Part shown: piece after piece, positions 17,739-27,200 of the stretch | How positions within the stretch are numbered: the first letter of the stretch is position 1 | How the letters are laid out: the number at the start of each line of letters is the position of its first letter | Virus record (IMG/VR): IMGVR_UViG_3300027759_003166 | DNA from: a virus | Taxonomy: Duplodnaviria; Caudoviricetes | Length of the DNA stretch: 64,000 nucleotides | Strand: one strand, 5' to 3' | The notes under the pieces: model-generated | Databases searched by the model: none | Told to the model about the DNA's origin: nothing | Seen by the model: only the letters and a program-made list of their open reading frames with translations | Position numbers and translations under genes: made by a program

Positions 17739-18725
17739 TTACTTTTTTTTTTCTGGGGTCTTATTTTTAAATTGGTGATACTTATTTGGATCAGCATTTT
17801 GGAAGTTATCAACCCAAGCATCTAAATCCATAGTAGGTTCCAATTGTCTCTCTACCATTTGCTGTAGTGATTCAAAGTATGGATCACCTTCCGCCACACC
17901 TTGCTTGCGACTTTGGATAACTGTTCCACTTTGTTTTAAATATTTTATTACTTGTTTTCTAATTTGATTTGGATCAGTTAAACCGCCATCTAAACAATTA
18001 TCAACTATTTCAATAGCCAATTGTTGATCCATATCATCAATTAAATTAAATTCTTTTATAAAATGATTTCCCATCTTAATTGCTTCTGGACTATACATTC
18101 CTTCATGATCACCCTCCTCCATACCTTGCTCTTCTTTTCTTTTACCAAATGTAGCATGTACAAGTTGATCTAATTTTGCATGGAAATTAGTTTCAGCATC
18201 TTTGCTAAGTCCTGCATCACCTTCCGCCACACCTTGCTGCTCACCGTTGATACTTTGTAGCACACTATTCAAGTAGTCTGCGGCTTTAGTAATTTTACTT
18301 TGTTGCCAAGCATCAAGTCCTTCTTGTTCGCTATAACGTTGTACCATGTCTAATAATGATTGAGCATTTTTAGCAATGCTCATTAGTTCGCTACTGGCCA
18401 TTTGTATTTCGTGATCAGGATGATCTCTGTCTTCCATAAAAGGTTTTTTATGTTTTTCTTTGCGTGGAATAGTTTTGCTTTTATCTTTGTGAGCACCGGC
18501 ACCTGCCGTTTTGGCATTCTTAGCAACAAAGTTTCTTGGAGTACTTGCTGGAACAGTTTTCTTATCTGCTTCTTGTGCAATTAGATTATTACCACGTTTG
18601 CGTGTACCGCCTATGGGCATACTAACACTGGCTACACTACCTGAACTGGTGCCGCCTCCACTAGCATTTTCTAATACATAACGAGTTACCTCGCCTTGTG
18701 ATAATTTTTTAAATTCGTTGTTCAT
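17739..18725 (-). CDS. modular putative internal head protein with QGVAEG linkers (C-terminus possibly frameshifted)
   Basis: two QGVAEG and one QGMEEG linker; A10 tract at the stop. Confidence 0.65.
   Translation of the reverse strand: MNNEFKKLSQGEVTRYVLENASGGGTSSGSVASVSMPIGGTRKRGNNLIAQEADKKTVPASTPRNFVAKNAKTAGAGAHKDKSKTIPRKEKHKKPFMEDRDHPDHEIQMASSELMSIAKNAQSLLDMVQRYSEQEGLDAWQQSKITKAADYLNSVLQSINGEQQGVAEGDAGLSKDAETNFHAKLDQLVHATFGKRKEEQGMEEGDHEGMYSPEAIKMGNHFIKEFNLIDDMDQQLAIEIVDNCLDGGLTDPNQIRKQVIKYLKQSGTVIQSRKQGVAEGDPYFESLQQMVERQLEPTMDLDAWVDNFQNADPNKYHQFKNKTPEKKK
17883..17905 (-). repeat. QGVAEG linker DNA repeat copy
   Basis: ATCACCTTCCGCCACACCTTGCT, identical to 18216-18238. Confidence 0.85.
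18216..18238 (-). repeat. QGVAEG linker DNA repeat copy
   Basis: 23-bp exact match to 17883-17905; related copies at 18108-18130, 19895-19910, 20066-20081. Confidence 0.85.
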
Positions 18726-19063
18726 TTTGTTTTCATCCAATTTGATACAGGGCTTACTGTATGTGTTCCTTTAGGTTCAAGACTACCTCGTTGAACAATT
18801 ACTTTATTTTTAAAACCCATCTTCTTAGCAGCATTGACAATCATTTCTTCATCGACATCTGAATATGCCCATGCTGCCGGAACATCTTTAGCAGGTCCTT
18901 CTGTAGGTGCATCATGATCTGGCATACCTGCAGACATTATACCTAATCTATAAAAATCGTAGTATTGATCAGCTCCGTGAAATTGTCGCCCGTGTGGTAG
19001 TGTACGTTGTGCCTGTTTATGCAGACCTTTCTTACGTTCTATGATAAACTCAGTTGCTCTCAT
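18722..19063 (-). CDS. putative internal head protein (paralogue A)
   Basis: N-terminus MRATEFIIE; ends VSPVSNWMK. Confidence 0.65.
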   Translation of the reverse strand: MRATEFIIERKKGLHKQAQRTLPHGRQFHGADQYYDFYRLGIMSAGMPDHDAPTEGPAKDVPAAWAYSDVDEEMIVNAAKKMGFKNKVIVQRGSLEPKGTHTVSPVSNWMKTK

Positions 19064-19430
19064 TTTTCATCCAATTTGCTACAGGACTAACGATATTAGT
19101 ATCATCGGGTTCTTTGCTCTTGCTACGCTTGGTTAATTCTTTACTATCTGTAGGAATAGTTGCCATTGCTTGTAATACCATCATATGTTCAATGTCTGTG
19201 TAAGGAAATGCTACATTGTATTTTTCCACAAAACTTGAACTATCCATATCTACTGCTTTTTTATTTGATCCATCTGCCATAGCAGTTGCCATCCAAATTC
19301 TATTCAGATGATAGGTGCGATCATACCCGCCAACATCTCGCATCCTGGTAGCACCTTGGTTGGCATTGTCCATATGATGGTGCATTTTGCCGCCCGGTGT
19401 TGCCTCTGAAATGAATTCTTTTGCTCTCAT
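19050..19430 (-). CDS. putative internal head protein (paralogue B)
   Basis: N-terminus MRAKEFISE (ATG 19430); ends VSPVANWMK. Confidence 0.65.
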   Translation of the reverse strand: MRAKEFISEATPGGKMHHHMDNANQGATRMRDVGGYDRTYHLNRIWMATAMADGSNKKAVDMDSSSFVEKYNVAFPYTDIEHMMVLQAMATIPTDSKELTKRSKSKEPDDTNIVSPVANWMKNESN

Positions 19431-19434
19431 AGTA

Positions 19435-22400
19435 TTATTTATTACTTTTGGATATTGCTTCATTAACAATAATCTTATTGATGAGAGCATCCATAATGTT
19501 TTCAATATCTTCACTTACTGGAATACAAATGTCTTTACCGTTTTTAGTACCAGCATAACGTTTACCTTTCCAGCAGGCCTTACCGTCAACCCCTTTGATC
19601 TTTTCTTCAATGGGTTTGTCATTGTGTTGAACGCTATCACCGCCAACTAAATCTCCAGCCTGAGCAGGTTTGTTTTTCTTAGGTCCAGTATTCTTCCATT
19701 GTCCAGCAGGTCCAAGTTTGTTCTTTTTACTACCTGCAAAGTTACTTGCTGGCATCATCTTTTCGGCAACTTTCTCATCCTTCTTAGGTTCTGGTTTAGG
19801 GATACTACTTGGAGTACGAGCAAGACTTGCGTCGCTCTTAGCACGTTGTTTCTGTTCAGCATTCCATAAACGTTGAGCAGCACTCATACGAGCCTCCGCC
19901 ACACCTTGCTTTGGTTCTGGTAAGCGTAACTTTTTACGCATCTCAGGGCTTGTATCTTTTAAACGTTTCTGTTGTTCTTTATCTTGTTTTGCTTTTGCTT
20001 CTGGACGATTTCTACGCTGTTCTTCACGATCACCGCTTGGTGTACGATTATCCATCTCTGCCAAGCCTTCCGCCACACCTTCGGCCATTTTAACGTGATG
20101 TCTATCCAACTCTTGTTTCAATGCTGCTAATTTGTTTGGAGCACGAGCAATAGCATTACGGATCTCCCCGGCAACGTTCTTTGGAATCTTACTTAATACA
20201 TCATTAACAATCTGATCAACCTGTGCATTCTGTTGTCCTACTGCTGTACTTTTAGGTGGCTTAATAGCTGGCTCATCCTGCTCATCACCTGATGCTTCGA
20301 GATCCATTAAGTATCTTTCGTATTCTGCTTTATTCTGCATCCAACGACGAGCATTTCTTGTCAGTTGTGGAGCATTGATTTGTTCGCCTAACTTGGCCAA
20401 TATTGGAGGTAGATTATTAGAGATGTTGCCAAATGATCTCTTCATTTCTAATTCGCCGTCTGCTTCTTCTCCACGTAAGAAGTCACGTAAATCTACGGTT
20501 CTACGAGTATTGTATTTGCATAGGTCGTGTAGTTCATTGTGTAGTCTACCTATGTACATATTTTGCACCCAACGGCCACCAACCCCTGCTGCTACCATTC
20601 TAAAGCCACGACCTAGTTCGCCATGATTCTCCATATACTTCTTAGCCTGGAATTTCATTGTTTCATAGACATTGGTAATAGGTTCTCCGATGTCGTTGAT
20701 AATGGATCGTAGTGTGCTGTCAATACTGGTACCTTCTACTAGGGCATTTAATATTCTTTGTTCTGCTATAGGAGCAGGTTCTGGTTGTGGCACAGGTGCC
20801 TTTGGTTGTTGTATTCCCATACCTTCCCTTGTTAAATCCATTAGGTGTTTAATCCAATTAACACCTAATTTTTGTACATCAAATCCTTGGCTCCAAACGG
20901 CTAATTGCTGTTGTTCAGTGGCGTTAGGATCTTTTAATATATTTCGTAGTTTAGTAAAACTCATACCAGTACCACGTGGTGTTATTTCTAAACTTACTTT
21001 AACATGTTCATAGCCTGGAAATTTATTAACACCCTTCATTAATGCCTGTGGCATAGTAAGACCTGCTTGATCTTCACCAACCATAATAATAACATTATCA
21101 TAGCGCGGCGGCTTGCCTGGTAGTGGATTAATTAATTCGTGCTTGATCTTTTGTAGTAATGATCCACCTGCTTCATTCACGGTACTAATATTCTTAGCAT
21201 ATTCTGGATATAGTTTGTGCCAAGTTTGTACTTTAACTGCCGGTGGTATTGGATCATCTTTACCCTGTGCATTGCCAATAAACAAATATGGATCCCCACC
21301 TACTGCTGCGGCTTTCTTTAATGTGTAATCAAATAATTGCTCATGACCAATATGTCCAACAAAACTACCAATAGCAACTACCGCTGTCTTAGCATCTCCT
21401 CTTGGACGTTCTGTTCTTGCATTTACCTTAGCAGCATTCTTAGCAGTGATAACATCACGTTGTTCCTGACTGGTAACTTTAATAGGACCTAGGCGACTAT
21501 TGATAACAATACCTTCGTAGTCTTTGCCCAACATATCTTTGCCAATGATGTTAGGGTCATTGATAATTGCTTTCTCTAATGCTGCGGCCACAGGTTCCAA
21601 TGCTGCCTTAACCTGACGTCGGGCTTCTAACTTGTTGCTGGCTAACATGGCTTTTAGTTCATCGATGTTCTCAACAGGTGGAACTAATGCTGTAACATCT
21701 AATGCTTCATTTTGTGTTAGACTATTATCAATAAACATAACACTGCCTGATTGTCCTACGCTGGTTAGCTCTTGAACAATTTTGTTTGAGTTAGGTAAAT
21801 CATCACCTGTGGTAGCATCTGTGATACGGAATGGAACCAATGCAAGTTTAACACCTGCTGGTAATTTGTCGTAGTGTATACCTACAAACTTTAGTTTACC
21901 TTCTGGAGTTTCTGTGGCAAATGGTAGATACAATACTTCACAGGTAACTTGTTTATTGACTAAAAATCCAGGTCCTAACTTGCTATCAACTAACTTAACA
22001 GCGTTCATCATTTCCGTAAATAGTTCATCAAATAGTTGAGCACGACCTAATACTTCTGGATCAGTAGTACCTTTCTTTTGATGATATGCTACAAAGCCTG
22101 GTTCGTATCTAGGTTCTGTTCTACTGGTGCCCATGAAAGGCTTACCTTCAGAATTCTTACCAAATCTGCCACCAAATCCGTCTACTTTGACGTTTAAAGG
22201 AATGTTTTGCAGTTTAAAATTGCCGTTTCCGTCGTGAATTTCGTCTAATAAATCTAACAAGTCAGCAGGCTTAAGATCGTGTAAGTGTGGCATACCTTTT
22301 CGGAATTGTGCCTTTACTTGTGCTTCTTCTTTTAATGGTTTAACAGCCTTGTTTTGAAATGCAGCAGCATAAGTAGTAGCCATTTCAATTGCTTGTTTTC

Positions 22401-23544
22401 TTAAACTAGCAGCATTGGCTAACTTCATATTTTCCAACATCCAATCTATGGCAGCAAATTTAATATCGCGGTCTCTTGCCGGATCATTTTTGGTGATCAT
22501 TTGACTACCTGGTTCAAAACATATACTAAAGAAACGTTGTGCTATTTCTTCTTTCTTTTGTTCGTTGAGATATTTGGCAATCAGTTGTACTGTACCGACA
22601 AAACTATTTTTAAGTTCTTGATCATTGCCTTTGGGTTTTCTACCAAAGAAGATTTCAAATTGTTGACCAAGATTTTGTATGTATTGTCTTGCACTAGGTT
22701 CAAGCAATTGCATTACAGGAATGCCATCCTTTTCCATAGGTTGCCCAGTAGCAGGATCCATGTAAGGAACATATTTCTGACTTACACCACCACCGCTTGG
22801 ACCGCTAACAGCAAAACTATAATCACTATCAGTTACAGGTGCATCAGATATCTTTGTACTTTTCTTTAATACACGAGCAACATATTTGGTACTGGCCTGA
22901 GAATAGGGTAATGCACGATCTAAAAATTTGTGGAATACACCTTTAATGTTTTGAGATATGTCATCCCAAGAACTGCTATGACTATATGATTGCCACTCTG
23001 TGGGTAATCCTGTTTCGGCTTCATGTGCTCCGTATTCAAAGTCAATTTGAATCTTAACAGGTAAATCTTTTAATTTGATCTCCCATAGGCTAACCCATTG
23101 ACTATTACCTGGAGTAAATCCCAACAACATGGCGTTGCTGAACATTTTACCTGTGTTATTTTGTAAGAATTGTCTAATTGTTTCAGCATGTTTGTCAGTT
23201 GCTTGTGTATCAATATCGCCTACCTTGGGTTTGACTCGGACAAATTCTTCATCAGATATTTTCTTATCCATGAATTGTAAAGTACTGCCGCTTAGAAACT
23301 TTTGAGTCTCTACAGAATTCTCATGCCAAAGCGGTTCTTTGAATTGCTGAGTAAATGCATCATTAATTGAATGTAGTGTTTGACTTACTACATCTTGTAC
23401 ATAACTACGGTCATGAACATGTAGATCTAATTCTTGTGCTTGATGATCACCTGGTACCCCTTGCCACCCTGGACTTTGGCTAGATACATTGCCACCTTCG
23501 GATAATGCTAGTTTAGGATTTCTAAATAGTTCAGATAAGTTCAC
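19435..23544 (-). CDS. 1369-aa multidomain protein: Pol-beta-like NTase + KxDG ligase-like + HIGH cytidylyltransferase-like domains + small modules
   Basis: SGS...GDID (23209-23220), VKVDG (22177-22188)...EGIV, GHIGH (21343-21354); GVAE linkers. Confidence 0.6.
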   Translation of the reverse strand: MNLSELFRNPKLALSEGGNVSSQSPGWQGVPGDHQAQELDLHVHDRSYVQDVVSQTLHSINDAFTQQFKEPLWHENSVETQKFLSGSTLQFMDKKISDEEFVRVKPKVGDIDTQATDKHAETIRQFLQNNTGKMFSNAMLLGFTPGNSQWVSLWEIKLKDLPVKIQIDFEYGAHEAETGLPTEWQSYSHSSSWDDISQNIKGVFHKFLDRALPYSQASTKYVARVLKKSTKISDAPVTDSDYSFAVSGPSGGGVSQKYVPYMDPATGQPMEKDGIPVMQLLEPSARQYIQNLGQQFEIFFGRKPKGNDQELKNSFVGTVQLIAKYLNEQKKEEIAQRFFSICFEPGSQMITKNDPARDRDIKFAAIDWMLENMKLANAASLRKQAIEMATTYAAAFQNKAVKPLKEEAQVKAQFRKGMPHLHDLKPADLLDLLDEIHDGNGNFKLQNIPLNVKVDGFGGRFGKNSEGKPFMGTSRTEPRYEPGFVAYHQKKGTTDPEVLGRAQLFDELFTEMMNAVKLVDSKLGPGFLVNKQVTCEVLYLPFATETPEGKLKFVGIHYDKLPAGVKLALVPFRITDATTGDDLPNSNKIVQELTSVGQSGSVMFIDNSLTQNEALDVTALVPPVENIDELKAMLASNKLEARRQVKAALEPVAAALEKAIINDPNIIGKDMLGKDYEGIVINSRLGPIKVTSQEQRDVITAKNAAKVNARTERPRGDAKTAVVAIGSFVGHIGHEQLFDYTLKKAAAVGGDPYLFIGNAQGKDDPIPPAVKVQTWHKLYPEYAKNISTVNEAGGSLLQKIKHELINPLPGKPPRYDNVIIMVGEDQAGLTMPQALMKGVNKFPGYEHVKVSLEITPRGTGMSFTKLRNILKDPNATEQQQLAVWSQGFDVQKLGVNWIKHLMDLTREGMGIQQPKAPVPQPEPAPIAEQRILNALVEGTSIDSTLRSIINDIGEPITNVYETMKFQAKKYMENHGELGRGFRMVAAGVGGRWVQNMYIGRLHNELHDLCKYNTRRTVDLRDFLRGEEADGELEMKRSFGNISNNLPPILAKLGEQINAPQLTRNARRWMQNKAEYERYLMDLEASGDEQDEPAIKPPKSTAVGQQNAQVDQIVNDVLSKIPKNVAGEIRNAIARAPNKLAALKQELDRHHVKMAEGVAEGLAEMDNRTPSGDREEQRRNRPEAKAKQDKEQQKRLKDTSPEMRKKLRLPEPKQGVAEARMSAAQRLWNAEQKQRAKSDASLARTPSSIPKPEPKKDEKVAEKMMPASNFAGSKKNKLGPAGQWKNTGPKKNKPAQAGDLVGGDSVQHNDKPIEEKIKGVDGKACWKGKRYAGTKNGKDICIPVSEDIENIMDALINKIIVNEAISKSNK

Positions 23545-23548
23545 AATA

Positions 23549-23908
23549 TTATCCTAACTTATATTTGTCTTTTTTAATATCTTCACGATAGTGATCATGA
23601 AGTCTATGGCACATATCATCTCTCATTTCTTTTGAAAACTCAGTGCCTAACTTGCCTTTTAATTCGTTATCGTGATAGTATTCTTTACAACCTTTAATTA
23701 CCATAGGCATATACATTTCTAATACTTGCTCAGGTGTACATTCATCTAAACTCTTTAGTTTACGAGCAATAGGATAGAAGTAATCTTTGTGTAGTTTATC
23801 GTGATCAATGATGTACCAAAATAATTCGTCGGCACGTTTATCATCGTCGGTGTCTTTGCCACGTTGGCTTATTTGTATAGGCTGATTAAAGAATTCTGTG
23901 AGTTTCAT
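23549..23908 (-). CDS. putative internal head protein
   Basis: N-terminus MKLTEFF; ATAAATA motif 7 nt upstream of ATG. Confidence 0.6.
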   Translation of the reverse strand: MKLTEFFNQPIQISQRGKDTDDDKRADELFWYIIDHDKLHKDYFYPIARKLKSLDECTPEQVLEMYMPMVIKGCKEYYHDNELKGKLGTEFSKEMRDDMCHRLHDHYREDIKKDKYKLG

Positions 23909-23922
23909 AATATGGTATTTAT

Positions 23923-24204
23923 TTAAGTTTGTTCTTCCAGATAATAACTACACCCTGGTATACCGTGTTGGCTATATCTCAAATTCCTCTCCATTGGATA
24001 AGTTCTGCACCCATCAGGCCTTGTTTCGTATATTTTGCATCGGCGAAATTCTTCATCAAAATGCTCGCACCATCGTGTAGTATACTCAACATTACCTGGT
24101 TTATAAACGCGAACTTTACAACATCCTGTATTACATCCGCCAAATGGATCACAAAAACCTTTGACCACAGGATTAATCCAAATAATCTCATTCATTATAC
24201 CCAC
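23923..24204 (-). CDS. YkgJ/CxxCxxCC-family Cys-cluster protein
   Basis: C....C..GCC...C......CKIYETRPDGCRTYP. Confidence 0.75.
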   Translation of the reverse strand: MGIMNEIIWINPVVKGFCDPFGGCNTGCCKVRVYKPGNVEYTTRWCEHFDEEFRRCKIYETRPDGCRTYPMERNLRYSQHGIPGCSYYLEEQT

Positions 24205-27200
24205 GCAAAGTATGTTAAATTAATTGCCGCAGCGTCAACAGCACCACCCCAGTTATGGAATGTTACACTTAATGTATTGGTACTACTTACCCATGCTGCT
24301 GCAACAAATACCCCTGCTGGTAATGTAGTACCAGGTGTAACTACTACTTTATGATTTGTGGTTAATCCTGTTACTGTAACAGTTTGTGTTCCGATAGACT
24401 GTTTTCCAAGGCTTGCAGGATCAATACTAACTTGTCCTGCTTTAATATTAGTTATACCTAAAAGTGAAACTGCTTGTGCCATCAATGTAGCAGTGTTAAG
24501 GCTAACTGTTACAGCACCTGTGGATGTTGTAACAAATATGCCAGTACCTGTGCTTATGCTGGTAACACCATTTATACCATAACTTCCTTGAATACCCTGA
24601 ACACCCTGACTACCGGTTATACCTTGAATACCCTGCGTACCTTGGTTACCAGTATTGCCTGTATTACCAGTGTTGCCTACATTACCTTGAATACCTTGAA
24701 TACCCTGCGTACCTTGGTTACCAGTATTGCCTGTATTACCAGTGTTGCCTGTATTACCTTGTATACCTTGAGTGCCCTGCGATCCGGTAATACCTTGTGC
24801 TCCGGTAATACCTTGTGCTCCGGTAATACCTTGTGCTCCGGTAATACCTTGTGCTCCGGTAATACCCTGCGTACCTTGACTGCCAGTATTGCCCTGATTT
24901 CCTTGGTTACCTTGGTTGCCTTGAATACCTTGACTACCAGCAGTACCTTGTGTACCCTGTATACCTTGTGGTCCTTGCGGTACAGCAGCACTGATTACAA
25001 TTGCACCTGTAGATGTTGATATGTAAATTCCGGATCCAGTAGTAATACTAGTAACACCGGTATTGCTAATTGTTGTACTTCCGCCTAAACTTGGACTTGC
25101 TACACTAACACCAATGCCTGCTCCAGCAGTAAATGTTATTTGACTAAATGCTAGTTTATTATTGGCAATACTGCCAGCCAACATATTGTTAGAGACTGTG
25201 CCAGTATCTGTGGTATAAACACCATTGGTCACTGTTGTTGCTAATGCTACTGCACCTGAAATCTTACTACCTGCCAACGAACCAATCCATGTAGGATTTG
25301 TATAAGTTTGATTAGCATAAACACCGTTGGTTACACTACCAGCATTACCAGATACAGTGCCAGTAACATTGCCAACCACATCACCAGTCAATGGTCCAAA
25401 GAAACCAGCACTAGTTACCGTATTAGCAACATTTAATCCATTAGCAGTAATAGTTGCTTCAATGTTTCCTGCCAGTGTTCCATTGGTGAAAAACACTATT
25501 CTATCTTCAGTAGTACCTATGGCTAGATTACCATCTTGTACAAATAGATATCCATCGTTGGCACCATTTACCTTCCAAGTGGATGTATTATAGTTACTAC
25601 CATTAATACCCATATCGATATAATAACTACCATCGTCGCCTATGTCATTGACTGCTACAAAATCAGATGATGATTGTGTTCCAGCGTTATGGTTAATGTT
25701 TACTACTTGCCCATAACTATTTAAATCATTATCAACTTGTAAAAGTGCGCCAGGGTAGAGATTATCTTCATTTAAAATACCAAACTTACCACCAGCAATA
25801 ACTCTTAAATTAGTTAATGTACTATAGGTAGCAATTAATTGTTGTGTGTTAATACCACTGCCATCAAAATCCCAATATTGTTTGGATCTATTCCATAGTA
25901 TAGAAGCAGCAAGATTAGTGCCTGTTCCTAATTGTATACCACCGCCATCAAGTTGTGATATATTAGATGCAGTTGTTCCTAATATGAGTATTGACCCTTC
26001 GACTGTATTTGGAATTAAATTAGTAAGATCACCAGTATAATTTAACGTACCATTGATATTAACATCGTTGAATGTAACATTACTTGAGGGAGCAAGGTCT
26101 TGTGGCAAACTTAATGTGATACTACCATTAGTTGATGCAGTTGCTCCGTTAACATTGATTTGATTTGCCGTACCTGCTAAGGATAAAACACCAGTACTAT
26201 CTAAACTGATAGAGTTGGCTAATCCACCACCGCTTAGACCGACACCGGCTATGACCTCAACTACGGCTACAGTGTCTAAATTATTAATCAAACTAACATC
26301 TACTGTACCAGTAAATGCTGTAGTTTGTCTTGAACGATCATAGAATGTAATACCACCATTAACATTACCATCAAAGTCTATACCTCGATCGTTGAATATA
26401 GTACTGGTTGTGATAACATTAGAACCATTGGGGGTAGTTTGTATTACTACCTGTGTGCCAGCAGTAGTATTGGTAAAGTCTTGTGTAGCCTCAACAGTAA
26501 TACGACCAATGCTTTGCACATATTGATTATCACCGTATCCTTGTGTAGAGAATCTAAGTAGGATGTCTTTGTTTTTAACGGCAGTAGGTGCTTGGACCGT
26601 TCCTCTTGCTGCACGACCTGCGATAACAGGGTAAGCACCAGTACCAAATGCATCAACACTAATCCGAGTTGCAATTCCATTCTGTCCTGTAATCTGCAAC
26701 ATTGTACCAGTAAAGTTGCGAGGTTGTTGGATACCCGCGGCATTACCAATAATGCTAAGTGCTGACTCTGATATAGAAATATTTTGTTTTGGAAATACGG
26801 TAACTAATCCCTCACGTGTAATTTCAAATACTTTATAACCATTAACATCATTCATCTTCACAGGGCGATTAAAATTAACATATCCTGTAGCAGTTGTACT
26901 ACCAACAATAATATCTCTGGCGTTATCAGCAATTATAATTTGGTTATCCTGAAATGTAAATTCACCGACCTTTAGCCCAGCAGATCCTATAATAGTAAGT
27001 ATATCATTTCTTGCGGTAATACCTACATCGTTGTCTTTAATTTCATCTTTAATAAAGATTGATCCACCGCCTAACCATAGATGTCTCCAACGATTAAGCA
27101 CCGATCCTAAACTTTGAACATTATTTTCTAAGGGTATAAGATCCTTGCCTAGAATAATATTACCATCTTGTCCAGGATTTAAGAACAGACTAGTATCATT

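Noticed and set aside
24783-24866. Regular short repeats resembling a CRISPR array
   Set aside because: Contiguous tandem copies with no unique spacers, in frame within a fibre gene
24474-25019. Repetitive ORFs on the + strand and alternate frames (also 24677-24991, 46153-46560, 46243-46623, 47188-47547)
   Set aside because: Shadows of the collagen-like G-x-x repeats; no RBS and no independent signal
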